From contig JBBIRS010000001.1 in assembly GCA_037441675.1 (NCBI GenBank), positions 288,001-352,000 on the forward strand: a stretch of 64,000 nt of DNA, in the 5' to 3' direction. The position numbers and the translations under genes are program-made. This document shows, in pieces, positions 39,108 to 49,698 of the stretch; positions within the stretch are counted from its first letter, which is position 1, and each line of letters starts with the position of its first letter. The DNA comes from Planctomycetales bacterium. GTDB taxonomy: Bacteria; 4484-113. The notes under the pieces are model-generated. The model was not told the origin of the DNA. It saw only the letters and a list, made by a program, of their open reading frames with translations, and did no database searches.

Positions 39108-40019
39108 TTATCCTTTCAGTGCCTCCGCACCACCCACAATATCAAGAAGCTCCAGAGTTATACTCTGCTGCCGAGCCTTGTTGCGTTGCAGGGTCAACGT
39201 CTTTATCAGCTCGCCCGCATTGTTCGTGGCATTTTCCATAGCCACCATCCTCGCCGCGTTCTCGCTGGCGAAGTTTTCGCGCATCGCTTGAAATAGAGTG
39301 TGCCTTACAAATCTTGGTAGAAGTATCTGCAAAACCCGCTCCGGCGATGGCTCAAAGATGATTTCCGTTTCCATCATATCTTCTTGTCGCTTTTCGTATG
39401 TGGAAACCTCGCCGTTTCCGCCGAGAATCACGCTTCTCTCCACAGGTAGTAGCTTAATGAGTGTTGGGACCTGACGTAAAGTGTGAACAAAATGGGAGTA
39501 CAGGACGAAAACCTCAGCGAACTCTTGCTTCAAGAATGAATTCTCAATCATTTCAAAGAGGGGGTAAAGTTGGATAAATCTCGTTCCGAAGTCATATGCC
39601 GGTTGTGAGTTGAATATATGCCAATTTCTGCGGGAAAAGTACCTCGTGCCATAGCGTCCAATTGTTATCAACGAAATTGATAGGTGAGGATTACTCTTTT
39701 TGAAGTTTTCAGCTGCGCGGACGATATTTGCGTTAAATGACCCACATAGACCTTTATCCGAAGTAAATACGACGAGGAGGATGCGATTTACTTCAGGTGG
39801 CGCTTGTCTTTCTAGGAACGGATGCGCCGCATGGGGAACAGCTATCGCCAGGTGCTCTGCCAAGCGAATAAGCGCATCGGAGTAGGGCTGCGCAGAGCGA
39901 GTCTTATTCTGGCTTCTCTGCAGTTTTGCGCTAGCCACCATTTTCATCGCACGCGTTATCTGTTGTGTGCTTTGCACACTTTTTATCTTCCTTCTAATTT
40001 CTCTTAAGCCTTTTGGCAT
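39108..40019 (-). CDS. atpG: ATP synthase gamma subunit (likely start ATG 40019)
   Basis: IRRKIKSVQSTQQITRAMKMVA, DKGLCGSFN, SENAARMVAM, NKARQQSIT. Confidence 0.97.
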   Translation of the reverse strand: MPKGLREIRRKIKSVQSTQQITRAMKMVASAKLQRSQNKTRSAQPYSDALIRLAEHLAIAVPHAAHPFLERQAPPEVNRILLVVFTSDKGLCGSFNANIVRAAENFKKSNPHLSISLITIGRYGTRYFSRRNWHIFNSQPAYDFGTRFIQLYPLFEMIENSFLKQEFAEVFVLYSHFVHTLRQVPTLIKLLPVERSVILGGNGEVSTYEKRQEDMMETEIIFEPSPERVLQILLPRFVRHTLFQAMRENFASENAARMVAMENATNNAGELIKTLTLQRNKARQQSITLELLDIVGGAEALKG

Positions 40020-40035
40020 ATCTTCTTTGGTCAGA

Positions 40036-40461
40036 TTATTCAGTACTTTTCTTCTTTTGTCTCTCAAGAGCTCGAGTGCGCATCTCGCTAATTTCCCTTT
40101 CTCGCTCGCGAACAGCCGTAAATCCTATCACTGCTTCCGGCTCTTCCGGCATAAACTCTGCAACATCAGGAAATGCCACTATTGTGACAATGAAAGACCA
40201 AAGCAAGAGAACCGCCGCGCGGTGACACTCCTCCTTTCGTTTCTCAGGTGGAATGTAATTCCCCTCAGGATCATAAGCTGGAATAATGCAAAAGTTTGGA
40301 TTCTCAATCCACACCCCAACGCTGTCATAACCTAATAGCTTGGCATAAAATTTTGGCGCGGAGATACCCTGTAAATTTAGTGTTGAAAAAGCCTGATTGC
40401 TCAAGGTTATTTGCACCCTGCTTCCCAAAAAGCTATCTATGTTTAAGTTTTCTTCTGGCAT
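40036..40461 (-). CDS. hypothetical protein inserted between atpA and atpG, possible Sm/LSm-like fold
   Basis: 141 aa, GGAG SD, fills the atpA-atpG gap on the operon strand. Confidence 0.75.
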   Translation of the reverse strand: MPEENLNIDSFLGSRVQITLSNQAFSTLNLQGISAPKFYAKLLGYDSVGVWIENPNFCIIPAYDPEGNYIPPEKRKEECHRAAVLLLWSFIVTIVAFPDVAEFMPEEPEAVIGFTAVREREREISEMRTRALERQKKKSTE

Positions 40462-40499
40462 GATTCACTCCAAAATTGAATTAACTCTCTATTTAGCTA

Positions 40500-42095
40500 T
40501 CATCCTGCTACTGGGCTTGGTTCTCTCTTTTCCCCTAAAGGTACTCGGGCTCTTCTTTCTTCCTCAGGAAGTGAGATGAAGTACTCTTTGAATTCTCTAA
40601 CTGCTTTCTCCATCTCTAATAAAAGTTCATCTGAAAGATCGCCCGTCCTTTTTATCTCCATTAATATTTGCGGATACTTCTCCTTGACATAAGAAATCAA
40701 TTTCTTTTCAAACATTTGCACCTCTTCAACCGGAAGTGAATCCAAGAAGCCCTTCGTTCCAGCAAGAATAGATATCACCTGTTCCTCCACGGGCACAGGC
40801 GTGAACTGCACCTGTTTTAAGAGCTCAACCATTCTTTCTCCTCTAGTGAGAAGAGCCTGGGTAGCCTTATCGAGCTCGCTTCCAAACTGAGTGAAAGCCG
40901 CAAGTTCCCGATACTGCGCTAAATCCAGGCGAAGCATTCCAGCAACTTTCTTCATAGCTTTAGTCTGTGCGTTTCCGCCAACGCGGGAGACCGATAATCC
41001 CACGTTTATCGCCGGTCTAATTCCCTGGTAAAAGAGATCAGGCTCCATATATATTTGCCCATCGGTGATTGAAATAACGTTGGTTGGGATGTAGGCAGAG
41101 ATATCGCCAGCTTGAGTTTCAATAACGGGAAGTGCGGTGATTGAACCACCACCCTTCTCATCGGAGAGTTTTATCGCTCTCTCCAGTAGGCGCGAGTGAA
41201 GATAAAAGACGTCGCCGGGGAAAGCCTCACGCCCCGGCGGTCGCCTCAAAAGCAGCGAGAGCGTCCTATACGCTTGCGCGTGCTTAGTTAAGTCGTCGTA
41301 GCAGACTAAAGTATGTTTCCCCTGATAAAGGTTGTGTTCCGCAATAGCGCAACCCGCGTATGGCGCGATATAAAGATAAGGCGCAGGGTCAGATGCGCTT
41401 GCTACTACCATGGTAGTGTATTCCATAGCTCCATACTTCTGAAAGATGTCATATATGCGCGCAACCGTTGATTCCTTCTGCCCTATGGCGACGTAAATGC
41501 ACCATACCGGCTTGTCCGTATTGTGAGTCTCCCTCTGGTTAATGATGGTATCAACAAGGATTGCTGTCTTTCCTGTGGCGCGATCTCCGATGATAAGCTC
41601 TCTCTGGCCCCTGCCTATCGGTATCATTGAATCAATTGCTTTGATACCTGTTTGAAGAGGTTCTTTAACAGGCTGACGAAATACCACACCGTCCGCCTTT
41701 TTCTCCAAGGGCCTAGTTTCCTTTGTTACAATTGGACCTTTCCCGTCCAGCGGGCGACCTATTGGGTCAACAACTCTGCCCACAAGAGCTTCACCCACTG
41801 GGATTTCTAGGACTCTACCGGTTCTTTTTACATAATCCCCTTCCTTCACCAACCTATCATCGCCGAGCAAAACCACGCCAACACTTTCTTCCTCCAGATT
41901 CAGCGCCATACCCATAACATCGTTCGGAAATTCCAGCATCTCGTTATAAATGCAGTTTTCCAGCCCGAACACACGAGCTATTCCATCGCCAACTTGAAGG
42001 ACAATACCGCGATCTTCAAGCTTAAGCTCCGCCTCATAAGCTTCTATTTCGGAGCGGATCACGTTTGTAACTTCTTCAGCTCTTAGTTGTTCCAT
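40500..42095 (-). CDS. atpA: ATP synthase alpha subunit
   Basis: [47 protein letters not shown]. Confidence 0.98.
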   Translation of the reverse strand: MEQLRAEEVTNVIRSEIEAYEAELKLEDRGIVLQVGDGIARVFGLENCIYNEMLEFPNDVMGMALNLEEESVGVVLLGDDRLVKEGDYVKRTGRVLEIPVGEALVGRVVDPIGRPLDGKGPIVTKETRPLEKKADGVVFRQPVKEPLQTGIKAIDSMIPIGRGQRELIIGDRATGKTAILVDTIINQRETHNTDKPVWCIYVAIGQKESTVARIYDIFQKYGAMEYTTMVVASASDPAPYLYIAPYAGCAIAEHNLYQGKHTLVCYDDLTKHAQAYRTLSLLLRRPPGREAFPGDVFYLHSRLLERAIKLSDEKGGGSITALPVIETQAGDISAYIPTNVISITDGQIYMEPDLFYQGIRPAINVGLSVSRVGGNAQTKAMKKVAGMLRLDLAQYRELAAFTQFGSELDKATQALLTRGERMVELLKQVQFTPVPVEEQVISILAGTKGFLDSLPVEEVQMFEKKLISYVKEKYPQILMEIKRTGDLSDELLLEMEKAVREFKEYFISLPEEERRARVPLGEKREPSPVAG

Positions 42096-42138
42096 AATTT
42101 CACCTCAAATGCGCTAATACATATTAAGTTCTTAATAC

Positions 42139-42705
42139 TTACGTTCTTAAGACTAACGAAAACTTTATCAATCTCTTCCGAACCTCCCGAAGCCTAGACC
42201 CAATAGACATATCCATAACCCTATCTCTGCCCAGTTCTATAATGATTCCCCCAATGATTTCAGGCTTGACTTTCTTTACCAATCTTAGCTTTCCAAAAGT
42301 GGAATACTTGCGCAATTTCTCTAGGATTTCCTCGTAATCCTCATCAGCAAGCGCAACAGCGGTCACAATCCCTACCTCTTCAATGCCTCGCATTTGGTCG
42401 GATAAGTAATCAAAGTAGCTACAGATAGCTGGAAAGTGCCTTATCCTCCTCTTCCGAAGGAGAAGCTTAATCGTGCTAGTGACAAGGGGATTAACCTTGC
42501 CACCAAAGGTGCGGTCAATAAAGCTAAATTTCTCCTTCATCGTAATCTGGGGTTGTTCAAGGAAGGTGAGAAGCTTGGGATCGCTAAAGGCGACTTGCAA
42601 TGTTTCCAACTGGGCGTCAATTTCATCGACGAGATTCTTGGCGCGGGCGGATTCAAACAACGCAACCGCATATCTCTTCGCCGCTTTTGTTTCATATAGC
42701 GCCAT
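42139..42705 (-). CDS. atpH: ATP synthase delta subunit
   Basis: AKRYAVALF, IIGGIII, DMSIGSRL. Confidence 0.94.
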   Translation of the reverse strand: MALYETKAAKRYAVALFESARAKNLVDEIDAQLETLQVAFSDPKLLTFLEQPQITMKEKFSFIDRTFGGKVNPLVTSTIKLLLRKRRIRHFPAICSYFDYLSDQMRGIEEVGIVTAVALADEDYEEILEKLRKYSTFGKLRLVKKVKPEIIGGIIIELGRDRVMDMSIGSRLREVRKRLIKFSLVLRT

Positions 42706-42707
42706 AA

Positions 42708-43196
42708 TTACAAGCCTTCAGTCAACGTCTTCACGAGTTTTCTATGCTCTTCCCTATCAAGCTTTGCCCGAAGTAGCTTTTCCGCAAGGTCAATGGAAAG
42801 GTCAGCGACATAGTTATTAAGCTCTGCTATAAGCTTTTCCCTCTCACGCTCAATTTCTGCGTGAGCGCGTGAAATGATTCTCTCCCTCTGAGCTTCCGCC
42901 TCGGCGCGAATCTCTTCCGCGAGTTTTCTCGCCTCCCTTGCCGCCTCTTCCAGCTGTTTGCGTCGCTCCTCATCAATCTGTGAAAGCTTCCCTTGAAGTT
43001 CCCGAGTTAGCTTCTCAACATTTTTCTTCTCATCCTCAACTTCTTTGTAGGCATACTCAATTGATTGTTGCCTCTGCTCAATTATTCCTAAAATAGAGCC
43101 CCAAAGGTACTTCTTCAGAATGAAGAAAAGCAGGACAAAAGCTATTAGATGACCGAAGAGGTCTGGAAGTTTGAGTATTGTAAATAACCCTTCCAC
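42708..43196 (-). CDS. atpF: ATP synthase b subunit
   Basis: N-terminal TM plus long charged coiled coil; position in operon. Confidence 0.93.
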   Translation of the reverse strand: MEGLFTILKLPDLFGHLIAFVLLFFILKKYLWGSILGIIEQRQQSIEYAYKEVEDEKKNVEKLTRELQGKLSQIDEERRKQLEEAAREARKLAEEIRAEAEAQRERIISRAHAEIEREREKLIAELNNYVADLSIDLAEKLLRAKLDREEHRKLVKTLTEGL

Positions 43197-43230
43197 TCTT
43201 TATACTCCTTTACCTTGAACCAATAATCGG

Positions 43231-43461
43231 CTAAATCTTGAAGAAGAGCAGGATGGACATAACAAAGGCGTAGATAGTTAGAGCTTCAATAAAAGCGGAG
43301 CCGATAATCATCCCAAGCTGAATTCTTCCTGCCGCCTCTGGCTGGCGAGCCATAGCGTTCATTGCTCCTTCAACCGCTTTTCCAATGCCAAGTCCGCAGC
43401 CTAATGCGGCAAGCCCAAGTCCTACCGGTACTGCAAATCCTAAAGCAAACCCTGGTTCCAT
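43231..43461 (-). CDS. atpE: ATP synthase c subunit (H+-type)
   Basis: [21 protein letters not shown]; lacks the Q...ES/T Na+ signature. Confidence 0.96.
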   Translation of the reverse strand: MEPGFALGFAVPVGLGLAALGCGLGIGKAVEGAMNAMARQPEAAGRIQLGMIIGSAFIEALTIYAFVMSILLFFKI

Positions 43462-43501
43462 AATATCCTCCTAATTAAAAATTTTTTAGCCTTTCCAAAC
43501 A

Positions 43502-44443
43502 CTAATGAGCTTCCTCATGGGGAAGCATCAAGAGAATATACACCGCTGTGAGCATGGAGAAAATAAGCGCCTGAATTGTTGAAAAAAGAATTGCCAAGAA
43601 TAAGAAGGGAAAGTGCCACGGAAACTTCACAAAACCGGGGATAAGAAACATTAGCCCCGCTAATACGCCAAGCAATGTGTCTTCCCCCAAAATGTTGCCA
43701 AAAAGCCGTAAGGACAGGGATACAGGCTTAATCAACTCCTCAACAATGTGCAAAACAATATTCAGTGTTACTAAAAATGGAATAAGAATGATGCCGAGAC
43801 ATCCAAGTTCTTTAGCGCTTGGCAACTCGCCAACGAAGTGCTTCAAGTAGCCGATAATGCCGTTTCTCACAATCCCAGTCCACTGAACGTACACGAAAAC
43901 GGATAGAGCCATCGCTAAGTTTATTCCCCAGACGCTTGTAGGGCTCTTCATCAACGGTATTAGCCCAAAGAGGTTGAGACTAAGGATATAAATGAACAAC
44001 GTTCCCACGAGTGGAATGTATCTCTTAGTTTCCCTGCCGAGAACTTGCGTGAAAAAGCCAGTTAAGCTATCCACAACCCATTCCATAAAGATGTAAAGCT
44101 TACTCTTTGGTCTTAAGGCGCGTTGGCGACTGGTTACGATGGCTATAGTGCTTAGAATTCCTACCATCAAAAAGGCGAAGGTTAAATTCTCAATGTTGAC
44201 CCATTCAATATGAAGTGGTCTTGGCAGATTTGTGTTGATCTTCGCAAGATATGCGTCAATAGGTTCCCGATAAAGGCCGTGAATGATTGACATAAAGTTA
44301 GGAAGTTCATTATGCGCCTCCTCGTGGGCACCTTCATGTGCGGGCTCTTTCGCAAGTGCTACAGCTATGTTGGACAAGGCAAGTGCGAGGGCAAAACTCG
44401 CAATGTAAACTTTCCTAAAACCAGCTCTAAGAAGCGTTGCCAT
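43502..44443 (-). CDS. atpB: ATP synthase a subunit (likely start ATG 44443)
   Basis: NLFGLIP, KPVSLSLRLFGNI, IQALIFSML. Confidence 0.95.
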   Translation of the reverse strand: MATLLRAGFRKVYIASFALALALSNIAVALAKEPAHEGAHEEAHNELPNFMSIIHGLYREPIDAYLAKINTNLPRPLHIEWVNIENLTFAFLMVGILSTIAIVTSRQRALRPKSKLYIFMEWVVDSLTGFFTQVLGRETKRYIPLVGTLFIYILSLNLFGLIPLMKSPTSVWGINLAMALSVFVYVQWTGIVRNGIIGYLKHFVGELPSAKELGCLGIILIPFLVTLNIVLHIVEELIKPVSLSLRLFGNILGEDTLLGVLAGLMFLIPGFVKFPWHFPFLFLAILFSTIQALIFSMLTAVYILLMLPHEEAH

Positions 44444-44855
44444 CTCGTTTGCTAGGGGAAATTGATAGACCAATAGTCTTAAACAAGATTACCATCCAGA
44501 GGGTGGAAATTCCAGCCACCAGCCCTAGATGGTTGAACCAGCCAACCCAGAATAGTAAAACAAGGACTGAGTAAAGCAATAACATTTTAGCAAAAACTAG
44601 GAGTATGACAAGAACTTTGCTCTTTAATCTCCTGCCCGTTAGATAGGAAAGTAGCAAGCTGAGAATCAGGAAGTTTATGCACATCCATGCGCTTCCAACT
44701 ATGTATCCAAGCGCAACGGAAGTGCCAAACATTGCCCATATCGGAAGTGTGATAATTAACGAAAAAGAGATAGTCGTGATAAGAATTCTTCGTGTAGAGA
44801 GTCGTTCCTCGCCAAATGTGTTCACGTTGTTTTGCATTAACACTCTTTTTCTCAC
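44427..44855 (-). CDS. atpI: ATP synthase protein I (4 TM)
   Basis: Hydrophobic 4-TM protein directly upstream of atpB. Confidence 0.75.
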   Translation of the reverse strand: MRKRVLMQNNVNTFGEERLSTRRILITTISFSLIITLPIWAMFGTSVALGYIVGSAWMCINFLILSLLLSYLTGRRLKSKVLVILLVFAKMLLLYSVLVLLFWVGWFNHLGLVAGISTLWMVILFKTIGLSISPSKRDGNAS

Positions 44856-44960
44856 AAAGGACTTTTCTCTAAATCTGCCTACATGACCATTATATATTCA
44901 TTGAAATTAGTCAGTACTGAGGATTATTCTTTCTTCAGGATTGCTAATTGAGACTTCAAA

Positions 44961-45245
44961 CTAAGACAAGAGCTTTCTCATTAGATCAATTGTCAGCTTT
45001 ATTGAAGCAATTAAACCCAAGACTACAAATATCACTGTGAAGATATAGTTATCGGTTTTCTTTTGAATGAGATAGCCTAACGCGAAACCAAAAAGCGGTC
45101 CAGCAAGGAGCGTAAAAGGGATAGTGGTCGCCACCGCGAAGCTTCTCAGTGGGCTTATATCCACCTTAGAGCCTGCCTTGCCGGTGGGGGTTTTTCCAAG
45201 CTTCCTCCTCTGCTCAAATATATCTTCTGATTCTCTTTTCTCCAC
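44961..45245 (-). CDS. AtpZ/AtpI-like small 2-TM ATP synthase accessory protein
   Basis: Two TM helices with GFALGYLI motif at the head of the atp operon. Confidence 0.75.
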   Translation of the reverse strand: MEKRESEDIFEQRRKLGKTPTGKAGSKVDISPLRSFAVATTIPFTLLAGPLFGFALGYLIQKKTDNYIFTVIFVVLGLIASIKLTIDLMRKLLS

Positions 45246-45286
45246 AAAAGAGTTATTCTATACGATGTCTATTTAGTAAAATACTA

Positions 45287-46234
45287 TTGGCAAATAAAGT
45301 GCAGGGACTTACCATACTCTCAGTTTCTCTCGGCAGTAGCAAGCGCGATAAAGAAGCAAAGACCGAGCTTCTTGGAGTTCCAATCACAATCAGGCGGATT
45401 GGCGCTGATGGCAAACTCTACCGTGCGGTTGAGATGATTGAAAGGTTTGCGAAGGAAGTTGACGCCATAGGCTTAGGTGGAATTGACCTCTACCTCTGGG
45501 CGGGAAAGAAAAAGTTCGTCATTCGTGATGCGTTGAAATTGGTTCGTTCCGCTCACGATACTATCGTTGCTGATGGAAGCGCGGTCAAAAACACTCTGGA
45601 GAAGGAACAGATTGAATATCTCATAGAGCATCACCCTGAAATACCAATCGTTGGCTCTCGCATACTAGTTGTCAGCGGAGTTGATAGGGCGGGAATGAGC
45701 ATCGCTTTGTCTCAATACGCCAAGGAAATTATCTTTGGCGACCTTATGTTTGGATTGGGAATCCCACTTCAACTTAAAAGTTACAAGGCGGTAACTCGGC
45801 TAGCTTACATTCTCTTGCCGATTCTCACAAAACTCCCATTTCAACTGCTCTATCCCACAGGCGAAAAGCAGGAAGAGGTTAAGCCAAAGTATGCCAAATG
45901 GCTTGCCTGGGCAGACGTAATTGCTGGAGATTTTCACTTCATTAGAAGAAACCTTTCCAAGGCTATGGCTGGCAAAACGGTAATCACAAACACCACAACG
46001 GAGGAGGACAGAGCCCTCTTGAAGGAGCGTGGCTTAAAGTGGCTTATCACTACTACTCCAGTAATTGATGGAAGAAGCTTTGGCACAAACGTTCTAGAAG
46101 CAGGGATTTGGGCTCTTATGAAGCACTTTGGTGATGAGCTTACAGAAACAAACTTCCGTATCTACCTCAACAAACTTTCAATTAAGCCAACCATTTTTGA
46201 CTTGGAAACCTCAGAAGTAGAAGGCGGGAATTAG
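45287..46234 (+). CDS. conserved uncharacterised protein (family often auto-annotated quinate 5-dehydrogenase; function unverified)
   Basis: SVSLGSSKRD, DAIGLGGIDLY, DGSAVKNTLE, FGDLMFGLG, IAGDFHFI, ITNTTT, GRSFGTNVLEA. Confidence 0.65.
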   Translation: MANKVQGLTILSVSLGSSKRDKEAKTELLGVPITIRRIGADGKLYRAVEMIERFAKEVDAIGLGGIDLYLWAGKKKFVIRDALKLVRSAHDTIVADGSAVKNTLEKEQIEYLIEHHPEIPIVGSRILVVSGVDRAGMSIALSQYAKEIIFGDLMFGLGIPLQLKSYKAVTRLAYILLPILTKLPFQLLYPTGEKQEEVKPKYAKWLAWADVIAGDFHFIRRNLSKAMAGKTVITNTTTEEDRALLKERGLKWLITTTPVIDGRSFGTNVLEAGIWALMKHFGDELTETNFRIYLNKLSIKPTIFDLETSEVEGGN

Positions 46235-46282
46235 TAAGCTGAAGTTTTTTTGTCTCAAACAGAATTTTATTTTCCATTTCAA

Positions 46283-47566
46283 CTAAGACAAAGCTTCATT
46301 TACAATCTTAGCGACCGTTTCCTCTATTGGCTTGGATTTACCAATAAGCGCATCATAGGCGGATTGGCCTAACCTCTTTCTTTCAGATTCGCTCTCAAGA
46401 AGCTTGCCTAATGCCCTCTCCAATCCTTCTTCATCGCCCACTTCAATAATAAGCGCATCCTTTCTAAGAGTTTCCACTTCGTTTCTTATTGAATCCACGT
46501 ATGGACCAATGACAATCGGCTTCTTAAGAGATACTGGTTCAATAATGTTGTGTCCACCAACGTTTCTGTCAAAGGTACCTCCAAGGATAACGATATCCGC
46601 AATCTGATAGAAGTTTGGAAGGGCACCCATTTCATCAACGATAAGAACTGACAGCGGACGGAAAACCTCATTAAAGTAGGAGTATCGCTGAGCCTTGAAG
46701 AACATTGACCTAGCGAACGCAAGAACTTCTTTTGCGCGCTCCGGGTGCCTTGGGACGAGAGCAAGCACCGCCCTTTCGTTCTTAACTTTTATCCTATCAA
46801 AGGCGCCAAGTATAACTTCTTCATCCGCTCGGTGAGTTGAGCCAGCGGTTATTACAAGGCTCTTCTTCCAACCTAGTTTCTCCCTCAGCTCAGCTATCAT
46901 TGCAGGCGTCCACGGATCAAGGGTAGATTGATGCTTGATATTGCCAGTCACGAATAACTTCTCCTCAGGGATGTTCAAGGATGAAAAGGCGGATTTTGCC
47001 TTCTCGTGTTGACAAAGAATTTTATCAAAGTTTCTATAACTGAATGCATAAATTTTTTTCATCAGAGCGGATTTCTTTTCCAAAAAAAGTCGTGCGTTCA
47101 CCAGAATTGTTTTTGCCTTGCTTCTCTTCAAGCTGTGAAGTAAGTTTGGCCAAGCTTCCGCTTCTGCTGAAATAAACATCTTAGGCTTAAACGTCTGAAG
47201 AAACCGATTTATCGCAAATGGGATATCTCCAAGTGGAAAGTAGCTGACAAAAACGTTTTCCATCTGCTCATTTTCCCGAAGAACTCTCATTCCATTTTCA
47301 GTGGTAGTTGTTAGCAGAAAGTCAAAGTCTCTTAAGCTCTCTCTTAGATGAGGCAGTATGGCAAGAATTAGCTTAATTTCGCCAACGCTAACCCCATGGA
47401 GCCAAATGAGCCTCCCCTTTCGTGAGTCTTGAAAGGCTTGAAGCATCTGAGAGTTGAACTTTCCCAACCTTTCAGAAAGACCCACTTTCAGCTTAGGATT
47501 TCTCAAGGCGTAAAGGATAATAAAAGGCGCCAAAAGAAAGGTGAGAAATCTGTAGAGTAGCATCAC
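46283..47566 (-). CDS. waaA: 3-deoxy-D-manno-octulosonic acid (Kdo) transferase
   Basis: IWLHGVSVGE, TTTTENG, EAEAWPN, VTGNIK, AGSTH, VPRHPER, GGHNIIEP. Confidence 0.93.
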   Translation of the reverse strand: MMLLYRFLTFLLAPFIILYALRNPKLKVGLSERLGKFNSQMLQAFQDSRKGRLIWLHGVSVGEIKLILAILPHLRESLRDFDFLLTTTTENGMRVLRENEQMENVFVSYFPLGDIPFAINRFLQTFKPKMFISAEAEAWPNLLHSLKRSKAKTILVNARLFLEKKSALMKKIYAFSYRNFDKILCQHEKAKSAFSSLNIPEEKLFVTGNIKHQSTLDPWTPAMIAELREKLGWKKSLVITAGSTHRADEEVILGAFDRIKVKNERAVLALVPRHPERAKEVLAFARSMFFKAQRYSYFNEVFRPLSVLIVDEMGALPNFYQIADIVILGGTFDRNVGGHNIIEPVSLKKPIVIGPYVDSIRNEVETLRKDALIIEVGDEEGLERALGKLLESESERKRLGQSAYDALIGKSKPIEETVAKIVNEALS

Positions 47567-47615
47567 AAAGTGTTATTTTAATGGAAAGAGGAGTGATGAT
47601 GCGCAATTACCTAGC

Positions 47616-49652
47616 TCAATCCGCAGTTGGTATTCCCACCACCATTAAGTAAAACTTGCAAATATCATTCAAAAAGCTTTCCCCGGATAGTAGCTTATGG
47701 CTAAAGAATTTCGTAATTTCCTGATCAGAAACCCTAGCTCTTTCGGTTTTGGCTAGTGGAACGGATGAACGGAGTTTTCCATAGCGGTATCGCATTCGTA
47801 TGATAGTCGGAATGGAAGTGAGAATGAAAGAGTCTGTTTTGAAAACTGCAATTAGCGTTCTTAAAGATATTAGCGCCCTAAAGTGCCAGTACAGGAAATC
47901 AAGCAAAATTAGTGGGATAAGTTTCAAAAGAGTTTTCCCTTCATAGAAGATAAGGATATTAGTCAGGCGATTCTTCAGTTGATGATATCGGGTTAAAGTG
48001 AGAGGCATTTTCTTCACAGTTATACTTCCCAAATGATTGACCTTTGCGCAAGCCACCTTTGCCACCTTCCCCCCGGCAAGCCTAATTCTAAAGCCCAGAT
48101 TCACATCCTCATGGTAAAGAAAATACCTATCGTCAAAAATCTTCCCGCCAATCATTTTAAGCGAATCGGCGCGAATAACCATAGCTCCCCCGCATGGGTA
48201 GAATGAAACATTTCTCTCCCCTAGTGCGGCTTTAATGTTATATCCGAGAAGATTCAGTGTGTCGTTCGTTTCAGGAACATTTTCCTCAACAAGAACTCCG
48301 CAGGCGGAATCCGCATCTTCCTCCTCAAGCCCAGCGATTAGTTTATTCAAGAAATCCTCCATCACAACAGTATCGTTGTTTAAGAGCACAAAGTACTTTC
48401 CCTTGGCGAAGCGTGTCGCAAGGTTTACCCCGCCCGCGAACCCAAGATTTTCCGGTGCGAGAATAACTTTAACCTCTGGAAACGAATCCGCCAGCTTCTC
48501 CGCCTCGCCTAACTTGCTTCCATTGTCCACCAAAATTATTTCTACGTCTTTAGAATTTGCGGATCTTAAGCTCTCTAAGCATTCAAAGGTCTCTTTGTAG
48601 CCGTTATAGTTAATAACAATTACTGATGCAAGCGGTTGCTCCGATGAAAGAATCTTCTCCGCTTCGTGAATTTCAATCTCGTCCATCTTGGTTCTACGTG
48701 TGAAACGCGGGACGAGCTTTTTCTGAAGCTCAAAAGAGCTTAACCTCCTCTTTCTCTGAATCAAGCCCCGCTTCCGAATAGCTTCAGGAATATACTTTAC
48801 GAAATAGTATAAACCTAAGAAAAGATATGGCTGTTTTAACACTTGAAGTAAGTGATACATCTCGTAGAGAATTAACTGCCCAAGGTTTGGAAGGATGTCG
48901 GAAAAGCTTAGGCACTTAGTAAGCGAGAGGTATCTATTTTTCTCCGCAAGGGTTCTAAGCCACAACTCTTTTCTGGCAAGAGAGCCTCCTGCCACGTGAT
49001 ACGCGTAAAGTGTTGGTTCGTATCTGTATTTCAACTTTAGTAAATTAGCGCGGATGTCCAGGTCAACATCTTCAAAGTAAGAGAAGAAAGTTTCGTCAAA
49101 ATATTCATCCTCAATCCTCAGTTCTTCCAGCATGCTTCTTCGGTAAATGATGCATGCGGCGGTTCCGCCAAATATTAGCCCAGGATTTCTCTCAGTCATA
49201 GAAATTCTTTTGCCGTTGTCGCGATGAAAGCAATTGAAATCCTTTCTTAAAAGATGCCCAGTGCTTTCAACGATACCCGGTTCAAGCCACTTACGCACTT
49301 GCGGAACTATGGCGAAAATATCCTCCTCAAGCCTAAAAATTTCTACCGCCCTCTCAACAAAATTTCTTGGAACCATCGCGTCCGCATTGAGAAGAAATAT
49401 GAACTCCCCACTTGAAGAAAGAATCCCTTGATTGTTGGCTTTAGCGAATCCTAAATTTCTTTCGTTGTTAATGAGTTTGTCAATCTTATATTCCCTTAAG
49501 TCTAACTTGCGAAAATCTCTGCTACCATTGTTGATGAGAATTAGTTCAATGGGCTTGAAAGATTGGTTCAAAATAGAGGTTAAGCAATCCTTGAGATATC
49601 GCTCCGTTCTATAGTTCACCACTATAGCGCTGACTAGTCCACGCGTTATCAC
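47616..49652 (-). CDS. tandem double GT2-family glycosyltransferase (likely start GTG 49652)
   Basis: Two GT2 modules: VSAIVVNY..NNGS..NLGFAKANNQG..LNAD..YFEDVD and ASVIVINY..DNGS..NLGFAGGVN..LNND..YHEDVN; TGaTATAAT 7 nt before GTG. Confidence 0.88.
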   Translation of the reverse strand: MITRGLVSAIVVNYRTERYLKDCLTSILNQSFKPIELILINNGSRDFRKLDLREYKIDKLINNERNLGFAKANNQGILSSSGEFIFLLNADAMVPRNFVERAVEIFRLEEDIFAIVPQVRKWLEPGIVESTGHLLRKDFNCFHRDNGKRISMTERNPGLIFGGTAACIIYRRSMLEELRIEDEYFDETFFSYFEDVDLDIRANLLKLKYRYEPTLYAYHVAGGSLARKELWLRTLAEKNRYLSLTKCLSFSDILPNLGQLILYEMYHLLQVLKQPYLFLGLYYFVKYIPEAIRKRGLIQRKRRLSSFELQKKLVPRFTRRTKMDEIEIHEAEKILSSEQPLASVIVINYNGYKETFECLESLRSANSKDVEIILVDNGSKLGEAEKLADSFPEVKVILAPENLGFAGGVNLATRFAKGKYFVLLNNDTVVMEDFLNKLIAGLEEEDADSACGVLVEENVPETNDTLNLLGYNIKAALGERNVSFYPCGGAMVIRADSLKMIGGKIFDDRYFLYHEDVNLGFRIRLAGGKVAKVACAKVNHLGSITVKKMPLTLTRYHQLKNRLTNILIFYEGKTLLKLIPLILLDFLYWHFRALISLRTLIAVFKTDSFILTSIPTIIRMRYRYGKLRSSVPLAKTERARVSDQEITKFFSHKLLSGESFLNDICKFYLMVVGIPTAD

Positions 49653-49698
49653 TTCAGTGATTATATCAATCAGCAGGTGGCATATAATAGGAGTCACT

